DNA of 59,924 nt, the filler included, from Stramenopiles sp. TOSAG23-2 (taxonomy: Eukaryota): NCBI GenBank assembly GCA_900128395.1. It is 3 parts of 3 records of this genome, joined end to end, with 100 filler letters (N's around TTAATTAATTAA, not from the genome) between each part and the next. Parts side by side here need not be neighbours in the genome. Positions count along the whole stretch, not along the records: positions 20,019 to 39,925 come from LT649570.1; 2 more parts are not named here. One strand, 5' to 3'. Each line of letters begins with the position of its first letter. Position 1 is the stretch's first letter. Positions 20,985 to 31,460 of the stretch are shown here, piece after piece. The notes under the pieces were generated by a model. The model saw only the letters and a list, made by a program, of their open reading frames with translations, was not told the DNA's origin and searched no databases. The position numbers were made by a program, and so were the translations under genes.

Positions 20985-23900
20985 TCACACAAACACAAAA
21001 CACAACAAAAACAAAAAGATACGCGCATGCATATAGTACAATAACACAACACACACAATAAACACACACATACTTTTTTTTAAAATTGCTATTCTTAAAG
21101 ATAGTTTAGCACCTCGTAAAACAAATGGTCCACCAATATTTTCTTCCAATCTTGAAATATGAGCTCGTAAACGTTTAATTTGTTGAGTTTGCATATCAAT
21201 TTCTCGATCTGCATCTCTACTTTTAATCATACCACCACGCCCACCTTGTTGATTTGCACCGCCTGGTGGTGGTGATGGTTGCATATTATCTGTTTGTGGT
21301 GCTGTTGGATTTGATTTGGAACGCATGGCTTTTGCAATTCTCAACTCACGCCTCAATTGATTAATTTCACCAGTTAATACAACACTTTCACGCATAAGTC
21401 GTACATTGTCTGCACGATGTAGCTCCATATCTTTTGCTAATTTCCGCTTTAAACTTTCTACACTTTTTTCCAAATATTCTCTTTGGCGATTAAATTCTTG
21501 CTGAGCTGCTGCACTACCAGTTTTGCCTTCTTTATTACCAGCACTTTGTTTAACTTCACTATCTTGTACGTTCTTTTTGTATAACTTCGTTATACCTACC
21601 TTTAAACGTTTGTAACTATCTATATCTTGGTATAACGAATGCAAATCAGCAGAGAAAGAAGCAATAATTTCCCCTGCTTCTTTTAACTTCAATTTCTGTT
21701 CATCCAATTCAACTTGCATACCTTCCATTTTCAATCTTAATTCACCTATCATTAAATCTAATGCAGCATTACTTTTGTGGTATTGCTCCAATTCTTGATC
21801 CATTTCTTTAATTTGTTGTGCCATATCAGCAATTTCATTTTCACGTGGTTCAATTTGTCGTTTCAATTCTTTAATTTTGTAATCAAGAACGAATTTGAAT
21901 TTCTCCAACTCTTGATTTTTCTTTTTTAAATCATAAATACGTTTCTCCTTATCTTGAATAGTTTCATCCCGTTCGTTAATTTCTTTTTTATGGCCTTGTA
22001 TATCTTTTTCTAAGCCTTTGATTTTTTCATATAATTGTTGTTGTTTTTCAAGCATGGATTTCAATTCTTCCCGTTGATCTTCGATATCTTTTTGCAATGC
22101 GCTGAATTTTTTACGCATTAAACCATTTTCACCTTTTAAACGCAACGTTGCATTTTTTTCAGCTGCAAGTTTACCTTCATATTTACGCTTTAATTCTTCA
22201 ATTTCCGTATCCGCATCATCTTCCACACTGCCTTTATTATCTTCAAATTCAGTTATCATGATTTCTTTCTCTTCCGTGATTTTTTGTTGCATTTCACTTT
22301 CCTCTTGCAATAAATTTTCATAATTTTCAGTCAACTCCCCTTGATGTTTTTGATGTGCTTCAATCAACATTTCATTCTTATCATCCCATTCTTGATTCAT
22401 CTCATCTCGCTCTTGTACTAGCTTTTCATAACGATCCACTTCTGCCTTTACCTTATGTTGGTAATTTGCTTCTAGCTCCTCCGTTTCACGGCCTTGGCGT
22501 TCTTTTAATGATTTGATTTTGTATTCGTATTCCAATTTCATATCATCTTTTTCCTCCATTAATAAATTATATTTTCGTTTATCTGCATCTAACTCTTGCG
22601 TAAACTTTTCAGTGACTTCTTTGATTTTTTCTGCATAGTTCATATCTTTAATTCTTAATTGATATTCATTGTGTAAAGTTAATTCTTCCACCTTTGATTT
22701 TAACTCATTCATCCTGCTTCTTTTTTCTTCTAAATCACTTTTTGTGACGAGAATTTCTTCTGCAAATGGTAATTGTTCCGTCGATTTACTTTTTTGATTT
22801 GATTGTTGTTTCTTTTTATCAGTCAACTGAGCTTCCGCAACATTAAATACACCGATAGTACCATCCTCACCAACAGTAAATAGCCATTTATCATCTTGTG
22901 AGATACGAACACGTGTTATTGGGCCACTATGGGCAACATATTCCACGAAATGCCCTGTAATAGGATACGAATAGACACGTAAACTACCAGGAACGCCATT
23001 ATCGGTTACCCCGGCAAATAACGTTCTGCCACTATTGGATAAGCACATTTGACCTAACGTTGCATTACTTTCTAATTCCTTTGATACGCTTCCGCTACCT
23101 TCCGTATCGTATTCAACAGTTTTAATTAATTTATCAGTACCTGCAGCAAGTGCTTCACCATTTGGTCCAATAGCTGCACTTGTGTACACTACACCTTTTT
23201 GATTTAATTCCCCAGTACGAACACCTTTATTTAAATCCCAGCAAATTACACCACCATCCATACCAGCACTTAATAAACTAGTTCCAGATGGATCAAAATT
23301 TAATGATAATACTTTTTGATTATGTCCACGTAATTGTGCAATACAAACAAATGTATAAAAGTTATATACATTTACTGCATTTCCAGCAGCAGCAGCAAAT
23401 AAATCACCACCACGACTAAATTTGCATTCAATACAAGCTTTGATACTAAATTCTTTAAATGTACGAATATCATCCATTAATAAATTCATTAAACGTAATT
23501 TATCCGTAAATCCTACTAATACATGCAAACCATTTGGATGCAATGCAATACTGCAGGGATCTTCCTCAAATGTTCTCATCAATTCCATCGTTTTATCGAC
23601 GTAATTCCAAATTCGTACACTTTTATCTGCTGCACACGTAGCAATCAATGGCTTTCTGACACATACATCTAAACCAGTAATAATAGCACTGCCACTTAAA
23701 TTTGGTTGATGCAATGGTGTTGATAACAACTCAAAATTTGTTTCACTACCTTTTCCTAAAATATCCAAATTAGATAATTGTAACAAATACATTTGTTTAT
23801 CTTCAGTTGTTAATACTAAATTTTCTTCACTTGGGAAATTAATAGCCATGTTTTTAATTTGAGACCTGTTGTCGTCGATTTCTAACGTAGGACCACGTTT

Positions 23901-24755
23901 AAACGGTTCTCTTCCATCTTCCGACCGTTCAAAGCAGCGTACAATACCACCTTCCCCACCGCATATGAAACCTTTTGACCATACGGCAATACAGTTCACA
24001 ACTGCACCATCATCCCCAGTTGTCCATTGTGTACGTAACTCTGCATTTTCAAACAATAATAATTGTGCATCATCCGTTGCAACAACTGCTTGGTCATCTG
24101 GCAACCATGCATGTGCTAAATAATTCTGTGGTTCCCGTTTGCTTAAATTTGGATTTACCGGTTTAAAAGCACCGTCTTGCACACGGAAAAATTTAATAAT
24201 TGTATCACCAGTTACCAATAACATACTTGGATCCTCCGGTGAAAAACTAACGTGGTATATTGGTGAATTTTGTGCATTAGACACTTTGTTTAATGCAATA
24301 ATTTTACCTTTATCCATTGACCACAAAACTAATGTCCAATCTGGTGCACCACCTTGAGATAAAATGGTTTTATTATCTGAAAATGCTACGGAAACGTATT
24401 CATTTGATAAAACTTCTGATGTACTTAATGTTTTCTTTTTACGTAAAAATTGTGTATCATATATATGTAACATAGCCCGTTCACCTTTTTCTGCAACAAC
24501 AATTGCATTACGTCTTGGCGGCATGGCCATAGCTGTGATTTGACGTGCACCTGAACCATCCCATGGCGCCCCATTGATTAATTTTTGACGCCTATTTTCA
24601 ATATTAAAAATAGCAACATTATGACCTACTGGATGCACGACATTCCCTTCATCTAAATATAATATAGACGGTGCAACATCAACTTGTAAACCAAATAAAT
24701 AATGTGGTGTGATTGACGTTTCTGGTTCCATTGGATTCTTTGCTTTTCCAGCCAT
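20985..24755 (-). CDS. CFAP57: Cilia- and flagella-associated protein 57 (WDR65)
   Basis: Double WD40 propeller (ITGLDVCVRKPLIATC, LHVLVGFTDKLRLMNLL), EEILVTKSDLEEK, long coiled coil with KEKRIYDLKKKNQELEKFKFVLDYKIKELK. Confidence 0.95.
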   Translation of the reverse strand: MAGKAKNPMEPETSITPHYLFGLQVDVAPSILYLDEGNVVHPVGHNVAIFNIENRRQKLINGAPWDGSGARQITAMAMPPRRNAIVVAEKGERAMLHIYDTQFLRKKKTLSTSEVLSNEYVSVAFSDNKTILSQGGAPDWTLVLWSMDKGKIIALNKVSNAQNSPIYHVSFSPEDPSMLLVTGDTIIKFFRVQDGAFKPVNPNLSKREPQNYLAHAWLPDDQAVVATDDAQLLLFENAELRTQWTTGDDGAVVNCIAVWSKGFICGGEGGIVRCFERSEDGREPFKRGPTLEIDDNRSQIKNMAINFPSEENLVLTTEDKQMYLLQLSNLDILGKGSETNFELLSTPLHQPNLSGSAIITGLDVCVRKPLIATCAADKSVRIWNYVDKTMELMRTFEEDPCSIALHPNGLHVLVGFTDKLRLMNLLMDDIRTFKEFSIKACIECKFSRGGDLFAAAAGNAVNVYNFYTFVCIAQLRGHNQKVLSLNFDPSGTSLLSAGMDGGVICWDLNKGVRTGELNQKGVVYTSAAIGPNGEALAAGTDKLIKTVEYDTEGSGSVSKELESNATLGQMCLSNSGRTLFAGVTDNGVPGSLRVYSYPITGHFVEYVAHSGPITRVRISQDDKWLFTVGEDGTIGVFNVAEAQLTDKKKQQSNQKSKSTEQLPFAEEILVTKSDLEEKRSRMNELKSKVEELTLHNEYQLRIKDMNYAEKIKEVTEKFTQELDADKRKYNLLMEEKDDMKLEYEYKIKSLKERQGRETEELEANYQHKVKAEVDRYEKLVQERDEMNQEWDDKNEMLIEAHQKHQGELTENYENLLQEESEMQQKITEEKEIMITEFEDNKGSVEDDADTEIEELKRKYEGKLAAEKNATLRLKGENGLMRKKFSALQKDIEDQREELKSMLEKQQQLYEKIKGLEKDIQGHKKEINERDETIQDKEKRIYDLKKKNQELEKFKFVLDYKIKELKRQIEPRENEIADMAQQIKEMDQELEQYHKSNAALDLMIGELRLKMEGMQVELDEQKLKLKEAGEIIASFSADLHSLYQDIDSYKRLKVGITKLYKKNVQDSEVKQSAGNKEGKTGSAAAQQEFNRQREYLEKSVESLKRKLAKDMELHRADNVRLMRESVVLTGEINQLRRELRIAKAMRSKSNPTAPQTDNMQPSPPPGGANQQGGRGGMIKSRDADREIDMQTQQIKRLRAHISRLEENIGGPFVLRGAKLSLRIAILKKSMCVFIVCVVLLYYMHARIFLFLLCFVFV

Positions 24756-25155
24756 GATTCTTTGTTATTATAAAGATATATATTTGATATATTTCTACTT
24801 ATACGGTTGATTGACGTTTCTGGTTCCATTGGATTCTTTGCTTTTCCAGCCATGATTCTTTGTTATTATAAAGATATATATTTGATATATTTCTACTTAT
24901 ACGGTTGAAATCCTACCAACTGTTTCACTGTTGTCTATTATCTTTCTCTATCTATATATATTGTGGAATACATGTATTAATATATATATTGGCATGCATT
25001 GTGATCTGCACATCTATATTGATATACCTGCTGTATTGATAGAATAACTGAAAAACGGTCATGCCGCGATAACGATGAAAAAAATATTTCCTCAATCAAC
25101 AGACAAAAAAAAAGACATTACACACACGTCAGGTAAATAGCATTACAAAGTGTGT

Positions 25156-25421
25156 TCGACATAGGAAAAATTGTACTTGGTAGATATGCTTACTTTCGTA
25201 ATGCTAAAACTATCGACATAGGAAATATTGTACTTGGTAGACATGCTTACTTTCGTAATGCTATTAGCAGTTAAAACTATCGACATAGGAAATATTGTAC
25301 TTGGTAGACATGCTTACTTTAGTAATGCTATTAGCAGTTATGCAGTTAAAGCAGTTGTTAGTTGTTAGCAGCTAAAACTATCGACATAGGAAATATTGTA
25401 CTTGGTAGACATGCTTACTTT
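25156..25421. repeat. Four copies of a 41-bp core with variable linkers
   Basis: TCGACATAGGAAATATTGTACTTGGTAGACATGCTTACTTT at 25156 (2 mismatches), 25213, 25280 and 25381. Confidence 0.92.
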
Positions 25422-25964
25422 AGCAGCTATTAATGCTATTCACCTGCTGTATTTAAGCCAGGACAGCGTTATATAAGATAGCATCAACATAGCATTAACA
25501 TCCCGAATTTCAGAGTTTTAACGTGTAAGATTTTACAGTTTTAAGTTACCATACTGACTATTTATAGTGGGATAGGAATAATAATATCCGATATTTAATA
25601 ATTAGTAACTAGTTTAATTATATATAAATGATGATTATTTTTAGATGATAAAAATTCTTGAGCTAATAGCAAGGGATTAGCACTATCTAGCGAAGAAGTC
25701 CTTTCCTCGTCAAAAAGCATCAAAATCATAGCAAAAAGTGAGGGGATTGTAATGGAAAACATGAATTTTAATCTGAAAAGGTGGAGACTAGAGAGAGATG
25801 TATAAACATATATGTTACAGATATATATCCACACAGATAGTAGAATCAATCGATATAATATTTCAAATATGAAAATAATCATTGCATTGCTTCTAACCAT
25901 AACATATATGTTACAGATATATATCCACACAGATAGTAGAATCAATCGATATAATATTTCAAAT

Positions 25965-27332
25965 ATGAAAATAATCATTGCATTGCTTCTAACCATATGC
26001 GTAGCTATTGCTACTGCAACAACTGTGAAACAGCAAATACAACAATTAGCAGCTAGTAAATCACCAGCTGACAATATTATTGCACTTTTAGGACAAGTGA
26101 AAGAAACTTTGGAACATATTGATGAGTCAAGTACTGCGCGTGGAGCAGAAAGGGAAAGACATTGTTTGAAAAGGGAAAAGATTATGGTCAATAGATTAAG
26201 TGCATTGAAACAAAAAGCAGGTATCAAAGACGATGATGAAGGTGATAAAAACGACGAGAAAGAACAAAGCAAAGCTGCAAATGCAGCTGCAAAGTTGGAC
26301 CGTGCTATTAAAAAGCGTAAAGGAGATCGTTTATTACAACAGTTCCGTAGTACGAAATATTTAGCCGAGCGTTTGCAAGCAGGTTTCAGTGGGGATATGG
26401 AAAGTTACGCATTGGCATCCAATGTACGCGATGCTGGTCATACTGCATTCGTTGAACATCAATCCAGATATAATTCATACACACATGTATTGGAAAGTAT
26501 GGTATCCATTATGGAACAACATTTTGCTAATGGAAAAAAAGAAGGAGATAACAAAGACGACAAGAAAGACAAAGTTTTGAAAGAACCAACTGCTTTGATC
26601 GAAGTAAGTGGCGACTCCGACGATTTAGAATGGGAATCAGCAGATGCACATCGTGTTCATACATATTTGTCCGAACTATTATCACAATTCGATAGGGAAC
26701 AAGCCATGGAACATAGTATTGAAGAGGCAATGTATGTAGCGCATGATGAAGCTATGCATAACAGAGATGCATCGAAAGAACGTTTAGATCATTTATTAAA
26801 GAAAATTAATGGTACTAAACGTAGCATCGGCAAAGAATTGCGAGCATTAGGCTTTTCCCCGGATGGCAAAAAGTTAGGACTTGATGGCTCTAGCAAAAAG
26901 AGCAATGCCACAAAATTAAAAATGCCAGGCTCCGTCACTAAAGATGATATTGATAATACAGATAGTGAACTAAAAGCATGGAAACAGGAATGCGAAGAGC
27001 GCAAAGCTCAAGCGGAAAGTGCACGTAAAGAAAGAATCGCACAAATTAAAATGGTTGCAAGATTGGAGGAAACAATCATGGAAAGATTAATGATAGTAAA
27101 AAATACTTTAATGAAAAAAGAAGAAAAAGCAGTTGGAGAGGAAGGAACTGACAGTGTATTAGGACATAGTAACAACAAAGCACTTGGATTTGATGATGTT
27201 GCTAAAGCAGGTGCTATGAGTCAAGATGATAAAAATAGGGAAGCAGCAAAAAATAAAATTGCACAAGCCTTTTTAAAACATGCTAAAGCAACTAGTGACT
27301 CCAATCATTTATTACAACCTGCAAAGGTGTAA
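25965..27332 (+). CDS. Secreted alpha-helical coiled-coil protein, possibly trichocyst-matrix/granule-lattice-like
   Basis: Signal peptide MKIIIALLLTICVAIATA, coiled coils and two conserved-looking Cys. The apparent upstream extension is a 96-bp duplication. Confidence 0.75.
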   Translation: MKIIIALLLTICVAIATATTVKQQIQQLAASKSPADNIIALLGQVKETLEHIDESSTARGAERERHCLKREKIMVNRLSALKQKAGIKDDDEGDKNDEKEQSKAANAAAKLDRAIKKRKGDRLLQQFRSTKYLAERLQAGFSGDMESYALASNVRDAGHTAFVEHQSRYNSYTHVLESMVSIMEQHFANGKKEGDNKDDKKDKVLKEPTALIEVSGDSDDLEWESADAHRVHTYLSELLSQFDREQAMEHSIEEAMYVAHDEAMHNRDASKERLDHLLKKINGTKRSIGKELRALGFSPDGKKLGLDGSSKKSNATKLKMPGSVTKDDIDNTDSELKAWKQECEERKAQAESARKERIAQIKMVARLEETIMERLMIVKNTLMKKEEKAVGEEGTDSVLGHSNNKALGFDDVAKAGAMSQDDKNREAAKNKIAQAFLKHAKATSDSNHLLQPAKV

Positions 27333-27669
27333 AAAACATATATGTGGTGCCGTGCCGGTCTCTAGTGTGGATAGAGTGTGTATAAAATATTGATGCTAAA
27401 GCAACTAGTGACTCCAATCATTTATTACAACCTGCAAAGGTGTAAAAGTATATATGTGGTGCCGTGCCGGTCTCTAGTGTGGATAGAGTGTGTATAAAAT
27501 ATTGTGTATTTTACTAATTATTATTAATTTTTAAAAATATATGAGATGTACGATATTAATAAAATACGAAAAAGGTAAAAAAATGAAAATCTGATGACCA
27601 CATCATATACATAATATCATAAATAAAATATTGATGTATGATACAAATAATCATTAACCAAAAATATTT

Positions 27670-28443
27670 TTATTTCCTTCCTCTTCGTTTTTGTGTCGTC
27701 TGCTGTTCATTTTTTAATTTTTTTATTTGTCGTTGTCTATCACTAAGTTTTACTTTGCTATATTTTAATCGTTTCATAACAACACCAGGTAAATGCATTC
27801 TTTCTTGGTATCGTAAAGATTTCCAAATTTTTAATTTTTTTATTTGTCGTTGTCTATCACTAAGTTTTACTTTGCTATATTTTAATCGTTTCATAACAAC
27901 ACCAGGTAAATGCATTCTTTCTTGGTATCGTAAAGATTTCCAAATGTTTTTTCTAGCTTCCACGATATATGCTTCATTTTTTACAATTTTCGATGTTCTC
28001 TTCGTGGAAGGTCGAAGATAATTATTAAATGTTCCACCTAACGAACTATTAAGATCATCTTTTCCACCTAAATTATATCTCCTTAATTGAGGCAATGTCA
28101 ATGGTGGTTGATGACGTGATATAATTGGTGAATTTGTTGATATATCATCGATAGTTTTCCATTTATGGAGCTTAGGTCTCCATCGTTTCATCCATTGTTC
28201 TTGATCTATTGGTTGTTCTATAATACTGCGTTTTGTACTTCCAAAAATTGCTCTTTGTGGTTTATGCATATGTCTATGATACTTGGATGGCGTAACTGGG
28301 TAATAAGCTGGACCTGGTGATGCATTTTGACTCTTTTCATGAAATCCATATTTTCCAGCCATGGAATAGGATGGGATATTTTTTTTAATTACTTTATTAT
28401 ATATATCCTGGTGATGCATTTTGACTCTTTTCATGAAATCCAT
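27670..28443 (-). CDS. Basic protein with one SHIPPO/STPG-type PGP repeat, start uncertain
   Basis: PSYSMAGK...SPGPAYY. Contains a perfect in-frame 117-bp duplication. The 5' end is disturbed by a 55-bp duplication. Confidence 0.5.
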   Translation of the reverse strand: MDFMKRVKMHHQDIYNKVIKKNIPSYSMAGKYGFHEKSQNASPGPAYYPVTPSKYHRHMHKPQRAIFGSTKRSIIEQPIDQEQWMKRWRPKLHKWKTIDDISTNSPIISRHQPPLTLPQLRRYNLGGKDDLNSSLGGTFNNYLRPSTKRTSKIVKNEAYIVEARKNIWKSLRYQERMHLPGVVMKRLKYSKVKLSDRQRQIKKLKIWKSLRYQERMHLPGVVMKRLKYSKVKLSDRQRQIKKLKNEQQTTQKRRGRK

Positions 28444-28874
28444 ATTTTCCAGCCATGGAATGTTTTGTAAAATATATAGTATATATAGAGAGGGAGAAGG
28501 AGATATTTGACTGAGAACGTTTGAGCTGGGAGGGTGTTAGTGAAAAAAAATTTACGAGTACGTATAATTCATATGATGTACGAAAAAATATCTTCAACAT
28601 TTGGAAAAAGGTTTTCACACTGTTTTTAAATCTTAAGAAGTGTGTGAGTGTGTTTAAATTAAAATGAATGGTTAAAAATCTAGAGTGTCGGTATTTATAT
28701 GTTACGTATATTTTTTAATTATTTTAAAGTTTTTTTTTATAAAAAATAAAATTAATTATTATTAACTTAGATTTTAACCATCATTTAATAAAAAAATAAT
28801 ATCACTGCTACTCGCACTCCTGACACACTCTCCCGTTTTCGTATAAATTTTAAATAGCAGAGCTGTTCTATTTT

Positions 28875-31460
28875 TTAATCACCATCACTACCATGTTCTT
28901 TCTGTCTATTTTTCGTCAACGAAGTTGACGACTTGGTAGCCAATTCAATGTCTTTTGATTGATTCCCCAATTCTTTTTCTTCCAATTCTCGTAAAAAATC
29001 ACCTGCCGCTTTCGTTTCCATCAAAGCAATCCATTGATGCGGCAACAATTTGTGTAAAATCGGCGCAATCAATAGCACCACTACTGAAGTTGCTAAATAT
29101 AATAAATAATGTCGTCGTGATATCATCTTTGACATGCTGCCTTTCCATGACATTTTTGCCGCTTTACTAACAAATACTAGTGACAACTCGCCAATACTAC
29201 TTAATACAATTCCAATAGTCATAGCTGTTATAAATGGTATGTGGAAGCAATAGTATAAGACCAACATAGTCACAATACTTTTTATAAAAATAAACAAAAT
29301 TGCACTTCCAAGCAAAAATTTTGCGTTTGTAACCAGAAAATTCATATTTAATGTCATCCCCATTGAAGCGAAGAAAATAATGCTAAATAAACTTTTCAAA
29401 GGCTCAACTACAGCTAGGGCCTTAGTTCGATGAGGCGAACGTGATAAGAGATAACCAGAAATAAATGCACCCAATTCAAGCGATAAACCACACGAATACG
29501 TGATTAATGAAAATACTAAACAAAAACTTACAACACCAAGTTTAAAAAGTTCACTTGATTCTTCTTGAGTTGCTACAAAATACAGCACACGATTGAAATA
29601 TGCTAATGGTGTTATCTTAACTAACATATATGCAACTGCAGCTCCTAAAATTATACGACTTGCTGAGAAAAACATGTCTTGGGAATGTAATAACTCTGGT
29701 AATGATAATATCAAAGCCATCCAAAACTCATGTACCGCAATAATTCCCAATGTAATTTGACCATACAATGAATCGGCCTTTGCTAATACAGAATTTCTAC
29801 TACCACTTCTATTTCTACCAGTAGTAGTAGAAGAAGATATTGCCGTGGATGATCCTGAAGAAGCACTTTGGCTTGACCGTAATCCTTTAACATGGGCTAA
29901 AACAACGGTCGTTGACGACATGGCCAATCCGCATCCAAGTAACAATGGGCCCAAAAATGTTTTATATTGATTCGTATAACCAACAGAAAGTAATACTGCA
30001 AACGACAGTGTTACCACAAGAATTGTTAACATACCCCCGCGAACGGATACATTACGCACGCGTTGAACTTGTTCCGTAGGATATTCAACACCCAAACCAA
30101 AAATCATAAACATAGATCCAAATTGCGACAATGTTTGCACTTGACCAACATTACTGACAAACTGCAATGACGAGGGACCTACGACCAAACCACCCACAAT
30201 GTAACCAAATGTTACAGGAAGACGACACGCTTTCATCAAAAATCCACCAAATGCGGCAAAACTAAGCATGATGGTAACGTCCAGCAACAAAGTCACATCA
30301 GTAACCATAATTGCTGGATCAGCTGCTTGTCGTATAGCCTCCTCACGTGCTTTTTCAACTCGTTTTCGACTTTTTGAGTCCAATTTGTTTATTTTAGTTT
30401 TCAACGTTGATGGTAATTTTTTACCTTCTTTGTTTTCCAATGCACCACTTTCATAATCAACTTTTGCTCCTGTTTCAATCTGATGCTCAATTTCTTTAAT
30501 TGCATCTTCTTTCACTTTATCACGCCCCAACGTTTCTAACGCTTTATCTTTTACCAAACTACTTTTGCGTACATCTTTTAGTTCCGAAGATGTTGTATTC
30601 ATTTTTTGCGATAATTTATTTAATTTTTGTTTCATTTCTTTCAAGGCTTCGATCTCTTTCTTTTTATCTTCTTTTTCCCCTTTTATCAATTCTTTTAAAA
30701 ATTCCTTTGTTTCTTCAACTTCTTTGATCGATTCTTTAACATTTGACGACTCACTTTCATCCACTATTTCATTGCCAAAACCACCAGCCATCGAGCTAAC
30801 TTCAGCTTTCTTCTTCTTCTTTTTGTAATTTAATCTATTTGTTAGTTTCTCTAATGTCTCATTCATTTTTTTTTCTTTCGCTAAATCTTTTTTCTCGTCT
30901 ATTTGTATTTCCACTAAAACTTTATCAACATTTGATTGCAAATTATTAACTTGCTTCGTTGTATTTACTACATTTTTTTCAACCATTTCAATCTCATCGC
31001 TATCTTGCATAGTTTCGTTTGACATTGTGTCATTTAATCGGGATTTATCTCTGATTTCACCATCTTCTACAATTGTATCTGTATCTTCAATTCCATCATC
31101 CTCGCTCGTTTTTTTGTTATTATTTTCATTTTTATTATTATGTAATTTTAATGCAATTTGTACTGCTTTCTCGCTGTCAACTTCTATTTCAGCACATTGT
31201 CTAGTATCATCTTCGCAAATATTGCTGACACAATCAGTACTAGTTACACATTTTTGATTGCTCTTACACTCAGGGCATGTAGAACCACCGCAATCAATAT
31301 CTGTTTCATCACCATTTTGTATTTTATCTACACATGTTACCGTCTCCACTTCTTCTTCCGCAGGCCCAGATGGTCCACTGTGATCTTGTGATTTACATGA
31401 AACAATACACCATATGTACAATATGACATAGATAGGTATCAATAACGTTAACTTTCTCAT
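28875..31460 (-). CDS. CPA2-family cation/H+ antiporter (KEA4-6/TMCO3-like) with signal peptide, Cys-rich motif and coiled coil
   Basis: GYIVGGLVVGPS, FGLGVE, AMSSTTVV, SLELGAFISG, FFASMGM, IGELSLV; about 12 TMs. Confidence 0.88.
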   Translation of the reverse strand: MRKLTLLIPIYVILYIWCIVSCKSQDHSGPSGPAEEEVETVTCVDKIQNGDETDIDCGGSTCPECKSNQKCVTSTDCVSNICEDDTRQCAEIEVDSEKAVQIALKLHNNKNENNNKKTSEDDGIEDTDTIVEDGEIRDKSRLNDTMSNETMQDSDEIEMVEKNVVNTTKQVNNLQSNVDKVLVEIQIDEKKDLAKEKKMNETLEKLTNRLNYKKKKKKAEVSSMAGGFGNEIVDESESSNVKESIKEVEETKEFLKELIKGEKEDKKKEIEALKEMKQKLNKLSQKMNTTSSELKDVRKSSLVKDKALETLGRDKVKEDAIKEIEHQIETGAKVDYESGALENKEGKKLPSTLKTKINKLDSKSRKRVEKAREEAIRQAADPAIMVTDVTLLLDVTIMLSFAAFGGFLMKACRLPVTFGYIVGGLVVGPSSLQFVSNVGQVQTLSQFGSMFMIFGLGVEYPTEQVQRVRNVSVRGGMLTILVVTLSFAVLLSVGYTNQYKTFLGPLLLGCGLAMSSTTVVLAHVKGLRSSQSASSGSSTAISSSTTTGRNRSGSRNSVLAKADSLYGQITLGIIAVHEFWMALILSLPELLHSQDMFFSASRIILGAAVAYMLVKITPLAYFNRVLYFVATQEESSELFKLGVVSFCLVFSLITYSCGLSLELGAFISGYLLSRSPHRTKALAVVEPLKSLFSIIFFASMGMTLNMNFLVTNAKFLLGSAILFIFIKSIVTMLVLYYCFHIPFITAMTIGIVLSSIGELSLVFVSKAAKMSWKGSMSKMISRRHYLLYLATSVVVLLIAPILHKLLPHQWIALMETKAAGDFLRELEEKELGNQSKDIELATKSSTSLTKNRQKEHGSDGD

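Noticed and set aside
25156-25421. CRISPR-like repeat array
   Set aside because: Linkers are related, built from micro-repeats and vary from 16 to 60 bp. No cas genes, and the context is eukaryotic.
25812-25964. N-terminal repeat extension of the secreted protein, and likewise 19060-19128 of the tetraspanin
   Set aside because: Produced by tandem duplication of 5' UTR plus start. The downstream ATG gives the sensible protein.
27340-27385. GC-rich 3' UTR stretch as a possible SECIS element
   Set aside because: No in-frame TGA in the gene and no AUGA/GA core.
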